The notes under the pieces were generated by a model. The model was not told the origin of the DNA and did no database searches. It worked only from the letters and a program-made list of their open reading frames with translations. Shown here in pieces: positions 38,455-48,379 of a DNA stretch of 64,000 nt. Position 1 is the stretch's first letter, and each line of letters opens with the position of its first letter. A program made the position numbers and the translations under genes. The stretch comes from a virus (taxonomy: Duplodnaviria; Caudoviricetes): the IMG/VR virus record IMGVR_UViG_2857089846_000001, positions 1 to 64,000 of that record. The stretch is one strand, 5' to 3'.

Positions 38455-40133
38455 GCCGAGCCACTCAGGAACTGCGCGTCCTCGAGGAGGACATGGGCGC
38501 AGATGCGATCACCTTCGAGAACTACGACGAGGGCGTGACGTACCTGTTCGTGCGCCCGGGCCAGTCCTTCGACTCCGCCGTCAAGAGCATCCTGCGCGTC
38601 TGCCCAGAGATGAGCCTGCCGCGCGTGCAGGACCTCGTGCGCACCCACTGCCCGCACATCGTGGAGATGAACGAGCGGCTGGGTGCCGACCAGGTCGTTC
38701 CCCGGTTCGAGGCAGCTCCCGACGCCGGCGTCGTCCCGCCCGTGCCGATGAAGCCGACCGGCGCTCACCGGCGGCCGCGGCCGCCGCGCTGGGCCAGGAT
38801 CGCTTCGGTGGCCGCGCCTGCGCTGGTCGGCGGCGCCTTCCTCGCCCAGTGGCTCAACCCCGGCGTCTCCAAGGACGGTGCCTCCGCCGCCTCTTCCGTC
38901 AGCCAGGGCGACAACGTCGCAGCCGACACGTACAAGAACCCCTCGTTCCTGAAGATCGCCCAGGGCGGCCGGATGACGTGCGACCCCATCGGGGCCTTCG
39001 AGGCCAAGTGCGTGGACGTGGACGGCAAGGTCATGTACAGCGAGGCGTCCGTCGGCACCAGCACCGCCTTTACCTTCTCCTACGACCTCCACAAGATCGG
39101 CTTCCGGCTCTTCCCGGACATGGCATCTGCCACGACCTGGACCGCTGAGGCCGCCAACAGGTCCAGCTTCCGCAACATTCGGCAGCACGGCCGTGTCGTG
39201 CTGTGGGGCACCGACCTGACGCGCATCACCGATTGGGAACGCGCGCTCAGCAACGGCGACCGGGACAATCAGCACCGGGTGGCATCGGGGGGCATGACCT
39301 CATCCGCGGCCGTGTCCGAGTACCAGCCCGGCCGGTCGAGCTCCACGGCCAGGTCCGAGGCCCAGCCCTTCGCGTCGTACGGGGCAGCGGCCTCGCGGAT
39401 CAACCCGGAGCCGCAGAGCCGCGCGTACCCGCAGCACAACCCCGTGACGCCGGCGGGCGCGCTCGCACAGGGCACCCAGATATCGGCGTACACGCCCCTA
39501 CCGGATCGCCTTGCAGTTCTCGCATTCGGCACCCTCGGCGTGACGGAAGAAGCGCTTGAGCAGGCCGTGACGAGCGATGACACGCGGTCCGTGCAGCTCG
39601 TCCAGGCCGTCAGGCTCGTCCTCGGCAGTGCCGAGACCAGCCACTTCGGCGTCGTGCCGGCGGGCCCCAACGACGCCGTCGCCATCGTCCTGGACGCGGC
39701 CACCGAGCCGCCGGACGCAGACCCCGACGTTCTCGCATACGGCAAGTCGAAGGGGCCTCTCGTCATCCAGCCGCCTGCCGTTCCGCCGGTAGGCCCGAGG
39801 CCGGTGGTGCCCGCCACCCAGCGGCCCCCCGCGCCCACTCCCGCCCCTGCCCCTGCGCCGGCGCCCGAGCAGCAGGAGGCGGTCGCGCCCAGGCCGCAGC
39901 CGGAGCCCGAGCCGGAGCGCGAGGCGCCGGAGGCAGTCGAGCCCGAGCCCGAGCCGGAGGTAGTCGAGCCCGAGCGCGAGGCGCCGGAGGCAGTCGAGCC
40001 CGAGCCCGAGCAGGCGGAGACGCCCGACCGCGCCCCTGATGCAGAAACGTCTCCGGCCCCTCCGCAGACGGAGGAGCCGGATGACGACGGGCTTTCCCTG
40101 GACGCGCTGCCCCCGGTGTGGGCGGCAGCCTAG
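38451..40133 (+). CDS. Single-TM protein with Pro/Glu-rich tail
   Basis: TM near residue 120; repeated [13 protein letters not shown]. Confidence 0.7.
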   Translation: MSRATQELRVLEEDMGADAITFENYDEGVTYLFVRPGQSFDSAVKSILRVCPEMSLPRVQDLVRTHCPHIVEMNERLGADQVVPRFEAAPDAGVVPPVPMKPTGAHRRPRPPRWARIASVAAPALVGGAFLAQWLNPGVSKDGASAASSVSQGDNVAADTYKNPSFLKIAQGGRMTCDPIGAFEAKCVDVDGKVMYSEASVGTSTAFTFSYDLHKIGFRLFPDMASATTWTAEAANRSSFRNIRQHGRVVLWGTDLTRITDWERALSNGDRDNQHRVASGGMTSSAAVSEYQPGRSSSTARSEAQPFASYGAAASRINPEPQSRAYPQHNPVTPAGALAQGTQISAYTPLPDRLAVLAFGTLGVTEEALEQAVTSDDTRSVQLVQAVRLVLGSAETSHFGVVPAGPNDAVAIVLDAATEPPDADPDVLAYGKSKGPLVIQPPAVPPVGPRPVVPATQRPPAPTPAPAPAPAPEQQEAVAPRPQPEPEPEREAPEAVEPEPEPEVVEPEREAPEAVEPEPEQAETPDRAPDAETSPAPPQTEEPDDDGLSLDALPPVWAAA

Positions 40134-40585
40134 AAGGGCGGCTCTTGTGGGGTGCCGCCGTTCGCCCACGGATCGGCGGCCGCAGTGTTCGCGGCATGAG
40201 GGGTAGGACCGGGCCGCTGAGCTGACACCTTGGTCACCGTCGCCGTCGCCCGCGTCAGCGACGGGCCGACCTCGTCCACATCCAGCTCGTAGACCGTGCG
40301 CTTCACCCCCTCGCGGTCCTCGTACGAGCGCTGCTTGAGCCGCCCCTGCACGATCACGCGCACTCCGCGCTGGAGTGATTCGGCGGCGTTCTCAGCCGCC
40401 TGCCGCCACACCGAGCAGGTCAGGAACAGACTGTCCCCGTCCTTCCACTCGTTGGTCTGCCGGTCGAAGGTCCGCGGAGTGGACGCGACGCGGAACTTCG
40501 CGACCGCGGCGCCGGATGGGGTGAAGCGGAGCTCGGGATCGTCAACCAGGTTGCCGACGACGGTGATGACGGTTTCGCCTGCCAC
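40130..40585 (-). CDS. ssb: Single-stranded DNA-binding protein
   Basis: Actinobacterial SSB pattern ([20 protein letters not shown]-terminal PPF). Confidence 0.95.
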   Translation of the reverse strand: MAGETVITVVGNLVDDPELRFTPSGAAVAKFRVASTPRTFDRQTNEWKDGDSLFLTCSVWRQAAENAAESLQRGVRVIVQGRLKQRSYEDREGVKRTVYELDVDEVGPSLTRATATVTKVSAQRPGPTPHAANTAAADPWANGGTPQEPPF

Positions 40586-40647
40586 AGAGGTGACCTTTCA
40601 TGATGCGTACGGCGGCCGGCCCGCAGGTGTGCAGGCCGGCCGGGGGG

Positions 40648-41577
40648 TCAGGAGAACAGCAGCTTCCAGGTGAGCGGACCCGGCAGACCGTCGGCGTCGC
40701 CTCGCAGCTCGTTGCGCGAGCGCTGGAAGGCCTCGACGTTCTTGCGGTCGGCATCTGACCAGCGCGGGCCCGGGCCGCTCGTGTAGTGCTTGCCGAAGCC
40801 CTTACGGACGAGCTGGTGCCCGAGGAGCGTGATGCTCCCATTGGACTTCCCCGGGCCGAACTTGTCCCTGCCCGGGAAGGGCGGGACCGGCTTCGGCCTC
40901 GGCTTCCCGCCGCCCGACGCTGGCGGCTTCGGCTTCCCGCCGCCGGTCATTCCCTTCGCCTTCGCTTTCGCCTTCGCCACGATCCTCGCGAACGGGATGT
41001 TGCCGGGGTCGCCGTGCGAGTTCTCCGGCGCGTGCAGGTGACCGCAGATGCCCTTGAAGGCCCGCCACTCGTCGTGCGTCATGCGCGCGGACGTCGCGCC
41101 GTACGAGGACGGGTAGGCCGGCCACTCGGTCGGGCCGGACAGCGGCACACCGTTGCGGACGTGCTGCCAGGCCAGGAACTCGGCGAGGTCGTCCAGCGCC
41201 CAGTCCGGCGCCTCCGGCCAGTAGATGTAGTGCACTCCGGCCTGCAGCTTGCCCCAGGTCTTGCGGTGCTTGGGGTCGCACGTGCCGATCAGCTCGACCT
41301 GGACGATGTCGTCAGTGTTGGTCTCGACCCCGCCCGGCTTGTTGACCAGGGCCCGCGCGGACTGGTCGAACGGGTAGTGCTGGTACCAGTCGAGCTGCGA
41401 CTTGCCGAAGTTCGGCTTGGCGGTGATGTTCGGCGCGTTGGCGCCCTTGGCGTAGTCGACCAGGCTGGTGCCCTCAGTCGTGTGGAGGCCGACCTTGTCG
41501 GGGTCCATGTCGGCCCCCTTGAAGCGGTCGGAGAAGTCGTAGGCGCGGCTGGCGCCCGGGTAGTAGCGAACGGTCAC
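40648..41577 (-). CDS. Endolysin (Zn amidase + peptidoglycan-binding domain)
   Basis: LHTTEG, GHLHAPENSHGDPG, C-terminal AFQ..DGLPGPLTW; late promoter at 41614-41644. Confidence 0.85.
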   Translation of the reverse strand: MTVRYYPGASRAYDFSDRFKGADMDPDKVGLHTTEGTSLVDYAKGANAPNITAKPNFGKSQLDWYQHYPFDQSARALVNKPGGVETNTDDIVQVELIGTCDPKHRKTWGKLQAGVHYIYWPEAPDWALDDLAEFLAWQHVRNGVPLSGPTEWPAYPSSYGATSARMTHDEWRAFKGICGHLHAPENSHGDPGNIPFARIVAKAKAKAKGMTGGGKPKPPASGGGKPRPKPVPPFPGRDKFGPGKSNGSITLLGHQLVRKGFGKHYTSGPGPRWSDADRKNVEAFQRSRNELRGDADGLPGPLTWKLLFS

Positions 41578-41647
41578 GGTGCTTCCTCCGGAGCTGGCGA
41601 GCAGGGAGGGAGCACCGTGCGGGTTCGCGGGGGCTTGCGTCCCGGGC

Positions 41648-42262
41648 TCACTCGGCGGCCGAGTCGTCATCGTCCTGGTCGTCGTTGGCTTCGGGGTACT
41701 GAAGGGCGTGGAGCGTCTCGGCGAGGCGGGTGGCGAGGTCGGCGGCGGGGCCGGTGTTCTCGATGCTGACGGGCCCGCCGGCCGCGCCCGTGAGCTCCAC
41801 CTCCAGGTGGTCCTCCTTGCCGTACTGCTTGCGGTGCTGCCGCTCCAGGTACCAGGCGGCTGCACGCCAGTCCGGGGGCGTCGTGATGGTCTCCTCCAGC
41901 ACCTTGCCGGAGTGCGGGTCGAACTTGCGGTGGGTGGTGACGATGCCGCCGCGGCTGGCGCGGCGGATGTCGAGGGCGGCTGCCAGGGCGGCAGCGGCAC
42001 GGGCCCGCTCGACCTTCTCGAAGAACTCCACGAACACGTCGAGTTCGGGGTCCGGGTCTTTCCCGGCAGCCCGGTCTACCTGCTCGGTGCGGCCATAGGC
42101 CATCCAGCGCAGGAACGTGGCGCGGCTGATGCCCGCGGTGACGGCCGCCAGGTCCACGGCCAGGCCGGCGCGGCTCGCCTCGATGAGGCGTGCCTCCACG
42201 TCCGGCGTGAGCAGCCGGGCGCGCGCCGGGGCGGCGGAGCGACGGTGTTTGCGGCGGGCCAT
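41648..42262 (-). CDS. Terminase small subunit-like HTH protein
   Basis: AAVTAGISRATFLRWM, PDWRAAAWYLER, VELTGAAGGPV; leaderless late promoter at 42270-42300. Confidence 0.65.
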   Translation of the reverse strand: MARRKHRRSAAPARARLLTPDVEARLIEASRAGLAVDLAAVTAGISRATFLRWMAYGRTEQVDRAAGKDPDPELDVFVEFFEKVERARAAAALAAALDIRRASRGGIVTTHRKFDPHSGKVLEETITTPPDWRAAAWYLERQHRKQYGKEDHLEVELTGAAGGPVSIENTGPAADLATRLAETLHALQYPEANDDQDDDDSAAE

Positions 42263-42289
42263 GGCGGGGACCGTAGATCGGCTTCCGGA

Positions 42290-42925
42290 CTACCGTCCCG
42301 GGCTGAACAGATGACCACAGGCCGGGCAGCACACCGCGCCTGTGCGTTCGTTGTCGCCGCTGTCGGCGTACCCGTCGTCCGGGAAGTCGTCGCCGAGCTG
42401 CGGCTCCTTCTCGGGGGCGTCGCTGCCGTCGGGGCCCTGCGGAAGGCCCTCGGGATCGACCTGGCGCAGCAGCTCCTCCATCTCGTCGTCGGAGATGCAC
42501 AGCGAGTCGAACAGGTCGGCGTCGGACGTGGCCAGGTCTTCAAGGATCTCGGCGAGAGCGCCCGGGTCCCATCCGCCGGCGGCGCTGAGCCGGTTGAGGA
42601 GGATCAGCACGGCATGGGCCTGGCGGTCGCTGGTCGAGGACCAGCCGCGGGTCACGGGGACCAGCCATCCGCCGTCGTCGTCCAGGAGCAGCCCGTCCGG
42701 AACGGGTTCGCCGCGGACCTGCATCTCGATCAGGGACGCGCGGCGGCCGTGTCCGGCGATGACCAGGTTGGTGCGCTCGTCCACGACGGGGGTGTCGATG
42801 AATCCGTGGTCCTTGATGGACTGGATGATCCGCTCGATCTCGTGCTTCTTCGGGTTGGCCGGGTCCGGTGGGAGGTCGGTGAGCGGGATGTAGCTGATGT
42901 AGCGGGGGGCGGCGAGTCCGGACAC
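42290..42925 (-). CDS. ParB/Srx N-terminal domain protein with C-terminal Zn ribbon
   Basis: NPKKH..SIKDHGF..PVVDE..IAGHGRR; CPACGH. Confidence 0.8.
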   Translation of the reverse strand: MSGLAAPRYISYIPLTDLPPDPANPKKHEIERIIQSIKDHGFIDTPVVDERTNLVIAGHGRRASLIEMQVRGEPVPDGLLLDDDGGWLVPVTRGWSSTSDRQAHAVLILLNRLSAAGGWDPGALAEILEDLATSDADLFDSLCISDDEMEELLRQVDPEGLPQGPDGSDAPEKEPQLGDDFPDDGYADSGDNERTGAVCCPACGHLFSPGR

Positions 42926-43209
42926 GGCTGCTCCTGTCGCGCAGCTGGGCCGGAGTGAGGAGCGGCCGTTGGTCAGCGAGCCCGCGGACTCGTACCGCGG
43001 CGCCCCGGCTCGCTACCGGGACATGCCGTCATGGCCGGACCGTTCGGCCGCTCCTCGGCCGGCGTCGCCCCACGTGTCCGGACGGGGCTGTGCCGGGGTC
43101 CGGCTGGGGAGTTCGGCGGGTGCGCGTTCCGCCGGCCCCCTGCTGGACCAGGCACAAGACAGTCATCGAGCAGTCGTTTGCGTCCTCTTGTCCATCTCGC
43201 CACCGGGGT

Positions 43210-43337
43210 GGACGTGGTGTACAGTTCCGAACCGTGGCTGCACGAGCGAGCAGCTGCACCCGGTCTGGTGTAACGAATTCGGCCCTCACTCCGTCCATAG
43301 CGGCGGAAGGCCACCAGCAGCAGACCTTCAACGCTCC
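43210..43337 (+). promoter_or_regulatory. Early promoter + ACGAGCGA hairpin, with distal CAACGCTCC
   Basis: GGACGTGGTGTACAGT; GCTGC[ACGAGCGA]GCAGC; box at 43329-43337. Confidence 0.7.
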
Positions 43338-43377
43338 AAAGCCGGTCACAGCCGGCAAACCAGAGAGGTACGCACGG

Positions 43378-43950
43378 ATGCCCGAGAAGGACGACGCCCC
43401 GACCGTCGCTGTCGATCAGAGCGACCTGGCGCTGAGGGCAGCGGTGGCCTACCGCGTGAAGAAGAGGGTCGCAGCCATCTGCGACCCGGTGATCAACGCC
43501 AACGCCGACCAGATCAACGCCACCAAGGGCATGCGCAGCGTGGCGACGGAACTGCCGCTTCCCGACGGCGGCGTCATGCCGCTCGGCACCTTCACCCGCT
43601 CCATGGCGAAGGCGAAGTTCTCCGTCACGGACCCGAAGAAGGTGCTCGAGTACGCCGACGAGCAGGGCGAAACCGAGTACGTGATCCGCCCCTCCTTCGA
43701 GAAGGCGCTGCTCGCCCGCGTAGTCCTCGACCCGAAGACCAGCGAGGTCATCGACTCGGTGACCGGCGAGATTGTCGAGGGCATCAGCTACATCCCGGGC
43801 GGCCTGACGGACACCGTCGGCCCGAAGTGGAGCGACGCAGGGGTCGAGGCCCTGGACGCCCTGCTCGGCTTCGTGGACGCGGCACTGGAGAAGCTGCCCG
43901 AACTGACGGCGGCCGACTTCTCCCTCCCGGTGCTGGAGGCAGGCCAGTGA
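43378..43950 (+). CDS. Hypothetical phage protein (possibly Gam/Gp157-like)
   Basis: RBS gagagg; FSVTDPKK..VIDSVTGEIVEGI; family assignment weak. Confidence 0.6.
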   Translation: MPEKDDAPTVAVDQSDLALRAAVAYRVKKRVAAICDPVINANADQINATKGMRSVATELPLPDGGVMPLGTFTRSMAKAKFSVTDPKKVLEYADEQGETEYVIRPSFEKALLARVVLDPKTSEVIDSVTGEIVEGISYIPGGLTDTVGPKWSDAGVEALDALLGFVDAALEKLPELTAADFSLPVLEAGQ

Positions 43951-44258
43951 GCACTCCCACCTTCATGCTCGAAGCACCGTGCTCGCGCATCGACCCCGAG
44001 ATCATGTTCCCGAATCCGCGGGACGCCAAGGGGATCAAGCTCGCCAAGTCCACGTGCGGACGGTGCCCCTTCACGGCCCAGTGCCTGGAGCGGTCGCTCG
44101 ATCCGGCCACCCGCTGCGACTCCGGAGTCTTCGGCGGCCTCACCGAGGACGAGCGCAAGAAGCTGATCAGGACCAGGAAACTCGGCCGGGCCGTGCCCAT
44201 CAACTACGGGCCCATACCGCCCAAGTCGAGGCGCATGAAGGTCGCCGCCGCAGCTTGA
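43947..44258 (+). CDS. WhiB-family transcription factor
   Basis: C..DPEIMFP..AKSTCGRCP..C..GVFGGLTEDER. Confidence 0.9.
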   Translation: MSTPTFMLEAPCSRIDPEIMFPNPRDAKGIKLAKSTCGRCPFTAQCLERSLDPATRCDSGVFGGLTEDERKKLIRTRKLGRAVPINYGPIPPKSRRMKVAAAA

Positions 44259-44326
44259 TCGCCCGCACGCTCTGCCCGCCCCCGCCTTGCGCGCGGGGGC
44301 TCAGGCACCTCTCGCAAGGAACCCTC

Positions 44327-44647
44327 GTGATCTCCAGCGATACCCGCCTGGCGCTGATCGACCGGGCCACCGATCTCCTCGGCGACCCCGGGCTCAGCCC
44401 GGCAACGCTCACCGCCTTCGTGCGGAACCTGCGGCGCCGCGATCTCGACGTGTGCGACTGGCACCGCTGCGACGACTTCGCCACGGCCGCCGGCCTCACC
44501 CACCACCAGGCGCGCACCGCGCTCGGGCAGCTCGTCCGCACCGGGCTGATGGAGCGCGACGTCGTCCCGCACCGCATCGGCCGCCAGGACGCCCGCTACA
44601 CCGTCTACCGCCTGTCCCACACCACGCCGGAAGGGGTGACGCAGTGA
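44327..44647 (+). CDS. Small wHTH protein
   Basis: FATAAGLTHHQARTALGQLVRTGLMER. Confidence 0.6.
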   Translation: MISSDTRLALIDRATDLLGDPGLSPATLTAFVRNLRRRDLDVCDWHRCDDFATAAGLTHHQARTALGQLVRTGLMERDVVPHRIGRQDARYTVYRLSHTTPEGVTQ

Positions 44648-45603
44648 CCGCTCACGACCCCGCTGACCTGGAAGAGCAGGTAGAGGCCACGCTGGGCCGC
44701 AAGGCTCCATACTCGCGGATTCCCGACTGGGTGACGCTGCACCCCGACGTCGAACCGCAGGCCATCGCGCTGTACTGCGTGCTGGCCGCGCACGTGAACA
44801 TCTCCCGTTCCGACAGTCTGGTGTGGCCGACACGGCTGGCCATGGCGGAGATGCTCGGCTACACCCGCCCGCAGTCGGTGGACAAGTACATCAAGCAGCT
44901 CGAAGCCATCGGCGCGATCGACACCGAGGACTTCTCCCGGCCCAACGGCGCCAAGGGGAAGCGGTACACCGTCCACGAGACTCCGCCGGACGACTTCGAC
45001 GGCGTTCACACGTTGTCCGCCTGGTACAAGCGGCGCCGCGAAGGCCTCGCCGCAGCCGGGCCTGCCCCGAAGCCGGGCCGCCCCCGCAAGAAGACGCCGG
45101 CCAAGGCGGATCAGGTTGCCGAGGCGCCGAAGCCTGCGGCGAAGAAGGCAGCCGCCCCGAAGCCTGCGGCGAAGGAGAAGACGCCCGAGGAGCTCGCTCT
45201 CGATGAGCAGGCCCGGAACGGCGCCGACAGGTGGTGGGAGCAGGCGGGCGAGCTGGTCACGAAGAAGAAGATGGGTCCCCTCATGGGGACCCCGAAGCAG
45301 AAGAGCGGCTACTACCTGAACGTGCGCACCCGCATCCGGGAGGCCCTGGCAGCGGGCTACGACTCGCGCGTCATCTGGCAGGCCCTGCACGACATCGGTG
45401 AGTGGTCGCCCGCGAAGCGGGAGCTGGACCGGGCCCTGCGGCGCCTGTCCGGTGTCCGCCCGTCGCGTGCGAACAGCCACGGCCGGGCCCCCATCTTCAC
45501 CAACGACCAGTGGCAGCAGAACCAGCCCGAGCAGGACGCTACGCCCGCGGTGCCTGCCGCCCCGGACCTGGCGGTGTTCGGTGTCCAGTCCGATGGTGTC
45601 TGA
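44644..45603 (+). CDS. Phage replication initiator (HTH_36-like)
   Basis: YSRIPDWV..LYCVLA..WPTRLAMAEMLG..SVDKYIKQLEAIGAI; upstream of a DnaC-like gene. Confidence 0.75.
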   Translation: MTAHDPADLEEQVEATLGRKAPYSRIPDWVTLHPDVEPQAIALYCVLAAHVNISRSDSLVWPTRLAMAEMLGYTRPQSVDKYIKQLEAIGAIDTEDFSRPNGAKGKRYTVHETPPDDFDGVHTLSAWYKRRREGLAAAGPAPKPGRPRKKTPAKADQVAEAPKPAAKKAAAPKPAAKEKTPEELALDEQARNGADRWWEQAGELVTKKKMGPLMGTPKQKSGYYLNVRTRIREALAAGYDSRVIWQALHDIGEWSPAKRELDRALRRLSGVRPSRANSHGRAPIFTNDQWQQNQPEQDATPAVPAAPDLAVFGVQSDGV

Positions 45604-45634
45604 CCAGCCGACCGACGAGAGGAGGACCGACGAC

Positions 45635-46441
45635 ATGTCGATCGCTCTGCCTGCCCCCGCCCCTCCCGAGAGCCGCGAGCCGGTGCCCGCCGCCAGCCCG
45701 GTGGCCGCCGTCAGGGAGATCCTGCTGCGCCGTGGGCTCGACCCCAGCAAGGCAGCGCTCACGGAAGACCGGCCGGACAGCACCGAGGACTACCAGCGGC
45801 AGGTGTACCGGCAGGCGTGGGTGAACTCCCTCGCCCTCTCCGGCCACGCGGAGTACGCGCGCTACACGCTCGACTCGCTGGACGAGGCACAGTTCCCCCA
45901 GCATCTGCGGGAGTACGTCGGTCAGCTTTCGGCCGCACGCCGCCACAACCGCGAGCAGGCCAAGCTCGACCCCGAGGACCGGCGGATACTGCGGCCGAAC
46001 ATCCTCAACCTCATCGCGGCCGGTGGTGTCGGCGCGGGCAAGACAGTCGCCGCGGCGGCGGCCGGCGCGTTCGCCGTCGAGTGCGGCCTGATGGCGCGCT
46101 TCGTGTCCCACTCCATGTACCTGTCGTGGCTCCAGCCGGACAACGCCCCGGCGGGGCTGACCAAGGTTCAGGTGCGGGAGCGCTACGAGCGGTGCGATCT
46201 GCTGATCGTGGACGACCTGTGCAACGAGATGGACCAGTACGCCACGAACCACGTACGCACCAACACCTCGGACCTGATCACGTCCCGGATCAACTCCGGC
46301 CGCGCGACGCTGTTCACGACCAACCTCAACTTCGACCAGGTCGCCGAAGTCCTCGGCGAGCGGCTGGCGTCCCGCGTCGGCAACCGTGCGACGGTGCTGA
46401 AGATGATGGGAGATGACCGGCGAAAGCCGCAAAGGTGGTAG
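45635..46441 (+). CDS. DnaC/IstB-like helicase loader ATPase
   Basis: GGVGAGKT, DLLIVDDL, TLFTTN, GERLASR, GDDRR. Confidence 0.85.
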   Translation: MSIALPAPAPPESREPVPAASPVAAVREILLRRGLDPSKAALTEDRPDSTEDYQRQVYRQAWVNSLALSGHAEYARYTLDSLDEAQFPQHLREYVGQLSAARRHNREQAKLDPEDRRILRPNILNLIAAGGVGAGKTVAAAAAGAFAVECGLMARFVSHSMYLSWLQPDNAPAGLTKVQVRERYERCDLLIVDDLCNEMDQYATNHVRTNTSDLITSRINSGRATLFTTNLNFDQVAEVLGERLASRVGNRATVLKMMGDDRRKPQRW

Positions 46442-46520
46442 CAGTGGCGAGGCTTTGACGGCATAACGACAAAGTGACACGGTCGAGAGGCTGAGGGTGA
46501 TCTAGGCTGTCCGGGACCGG

Positions 46521-46556
46521 GCGCTCACGAGCAAGAGCGCACCAGGGCAACGCTCC
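46521..46556 (+). promoter_or_regulatory. ACGAGCAA hairpin + CAACGCTCC leader element
   Basis: GCGCTC[ACGAGCAA]GAGCGC then CAACGCTCC abutting the SD aggagg; TAGGCT -10 at 46503. Confidence 0.7.
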
Positions 46557-46570
46557 AGGAGGACAGCAAC

Positions 46571-47794
46571 GTGGCCCGATCCCTCTCGACCGCGCGCCTT
46601 GCCACCATGTCCGAGGCGGAGATTCGATCCGCTGAACGCACCCTGAAGAACGGGACCTGGGCAATCACTGCCGGGGCCTTGCTCTTCAGCGTGCTCACCG
46701 TCACCCCGCTCGTCCGATCGGTCAGCCCGGCTGGCTGGGAATGGACCGCGCCCATCCTGCCGCTCGTCGTGGACGCCGCGGTGATCATCGTCGTGAAGCT
46801 CGACTCGGTGGTCTCCAGGCTCGGTAGCACCGGCGGCGCCTGGCCGGCGCTGCTGCGGTGGATGACCGGCATGATGACGCTCGCTCTCAACGTCGGCCAC
46901 AGCGCCCTGCACGGCGACTGGGTCGGTGTGGCCGTGCACTCCGTCGCGCCGCTCTTGCTGATCGTCACCGCGGAGGCGGGCCTTGCCTACCGGCGCGCGA
47001 TCAGCTCCGCTTTGGACCGCATCGCCGCCGAGGAAGCCGCCGCCGAAGCGCGGAGGCAGACCGAGCGCGAGGCGAAGGAGCAGCGCCTGCGTGAGGAGCG
47101 GGAGCGCGAGCGCGCGGCGCGGGAACAGGCTGCTCGGGAAGAGCGCGAGCACGCGGAGCAGATCGAGCGTGAGCGCCAGGAGCGCGAGGACGCCCGCCTG
47201 CGCGCCGAGCGCGAGCACGCCCTGACCGTCGAGCGGGAGCGGGCGGAGCGCGAAGCGCAGCAGGAGAAGGAGCGCGCTGAGCGAGAAGAGCGCATCGAGC
47301 GCCAGCGTGCCGAGCGGGCAGCGGCCGAGCGCCGCCACCAGGAGGAGCGCGAGCGCAAGGAGCGCATCGAGCGGGAGCGCCAGGACCGCGCGGAGCGCCA
47401 GCGCCGGGAACAGGAGCTCGCGGCGCAGACCTCCGCAGCGGCCGCGGCTCCCGCTCCCGCCCGGCAGCCGGTGAGCGCGAAGGCCCACACGCGGCCGCCC
47501 CGTGTGGTGCAGCCCGTCGTCATGGAGAACGAGTTCGCCGGCATGACGCAAGCCGAGGCGGAGGCGGCGCTGTTCGAGCTGTACCGCGCTGCCCGTGACG
47601 CGAGCACGTACCCGGAGTGGGAGCAGGACCCGCTGGCCCAGCCGGGCGGGGAGTTCTGCGGCAGCCGGCTCGGGGTTCGGCTGGGCCGTTCGGACGCGTC
47701 GGGCCGCGCGAAGGTCAAGCCCAAGTTCGAGCGGTGGTACGCGGAGCACCTTGAGAAGAAGGCCGAAGAGCGGGAGCTCGTCGGCGTGGGCTGA
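46571..47794 (+). CDS. SpdB/DUF2637-like plasmid spread membrane protein
   Basis: 4 TM helices (APILPLVVDAA, TLALNV, HSVAPLLLIVTAE), long E/R coiled coil, C-terminal HTH-like segment. Confidence 0.7.
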   Translation: MARSLSTARLATMSEAEIRSAERTLKNGTWAITAGALLFSVLTVTPLVRSVSPAGWEWTAPILPLVVDAAVIIVVKLDSVVSRLGSTGGAWPALLRWMTGMMTLALNVGHSALHGDWVGVAVHSVAPLLLIVTAEAGLAYRRAISSALDRIAAEEAAAEARRQTEREAKEQRLREERERERAAREQAAREEREHAEQIERERQEREDARLRAEREHALTVERERAEREAQQEKERAEREERIERQRAERAAAERRHQEERERKERIERERQDRAERQRREQELAAQTSAAAAAPAPARQPVSAKAHTRPPRVVQPVVMENEFAGMTQAEAEAALFELYRAARDASTYPEWEQDPLAQPGGEFCGSRLGVRLGRSDASGRAKVKPKFERWYAEHLEKKAEERELVGVG

Positions 47795-47880
47795 CCCCAC
47801 ATGCATTCCGTGACGGCGGGCGCCTCATATCCTCGGGGCGCCCGCCGTCGTCGTTCCGGCTCATCGAATGGACCTTTCTC

Positions 47881-48318
47881 ATGGACCGCTCCCAGCAGGC
47901 AGCCGAGGCGCGGCTGATTGCGGCCGCGCATGCGCGTGAGGCCTCTGACTTCGCCCGGGCGATCGTCGGTTCCACATCCGGTGCGGACACCGCGGCGGAG
48001 CGCATCCGTGCCGGGCGCCGGCTGAGGCTGTTGAGCCTGCAAGTGCTCCAGTGGACTGTTCGGGCGGAGATCCTGCGCGGCACCCCGTGGCCGGAGCTGG
48101 CGGCGGCCCTCGGTCGCGACGAGGAGTCGCTGAGGGCCGAGTACGAGGCGGGCACGTTGCAGTGGGCCGATCGGTTGGCCGACGACGCGGCGGCCGCCGA
48201 GCAGAGCGTCGAGGCCGCGCGCGCCCTGGATGCCTGGTACCGGACGCACGCCGAGGAGCTGATCGACCCGGCCGAAGACGCCCCGGTATCAGGGCTTTTC
48301 ACGCCCCCAAACGGCTGA
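47881..48318 (+). CDS. Hypothetical HTH-like protein
   Basis: GTPWPELAAALGRD. Confidence 0.6.
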   Translation: MDRSQQAAEARLIAAAHAREASDFARAIVGSTSGADTAAERIRAGRRLRLLSLQVLQWTVRAEILRGTPWPELAAALGRDEESLRAEYEAGTLQWADRLADDAAAAEQSVEAARALDAWYRTHAEELIDPAEDAPVSGLFTPPNG

Positions 48319-48379
48319 CCTGGGTGGTAAACTGACCACCATGTCCAAGAGGGGATCTTAGGCCCCTCCGCAGCGCATC

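Noticed and set aside
39900-40010. Direct repeats near the end of the membrane protein gene
   Set aside because: Encode Pro/Glu linker repeats.
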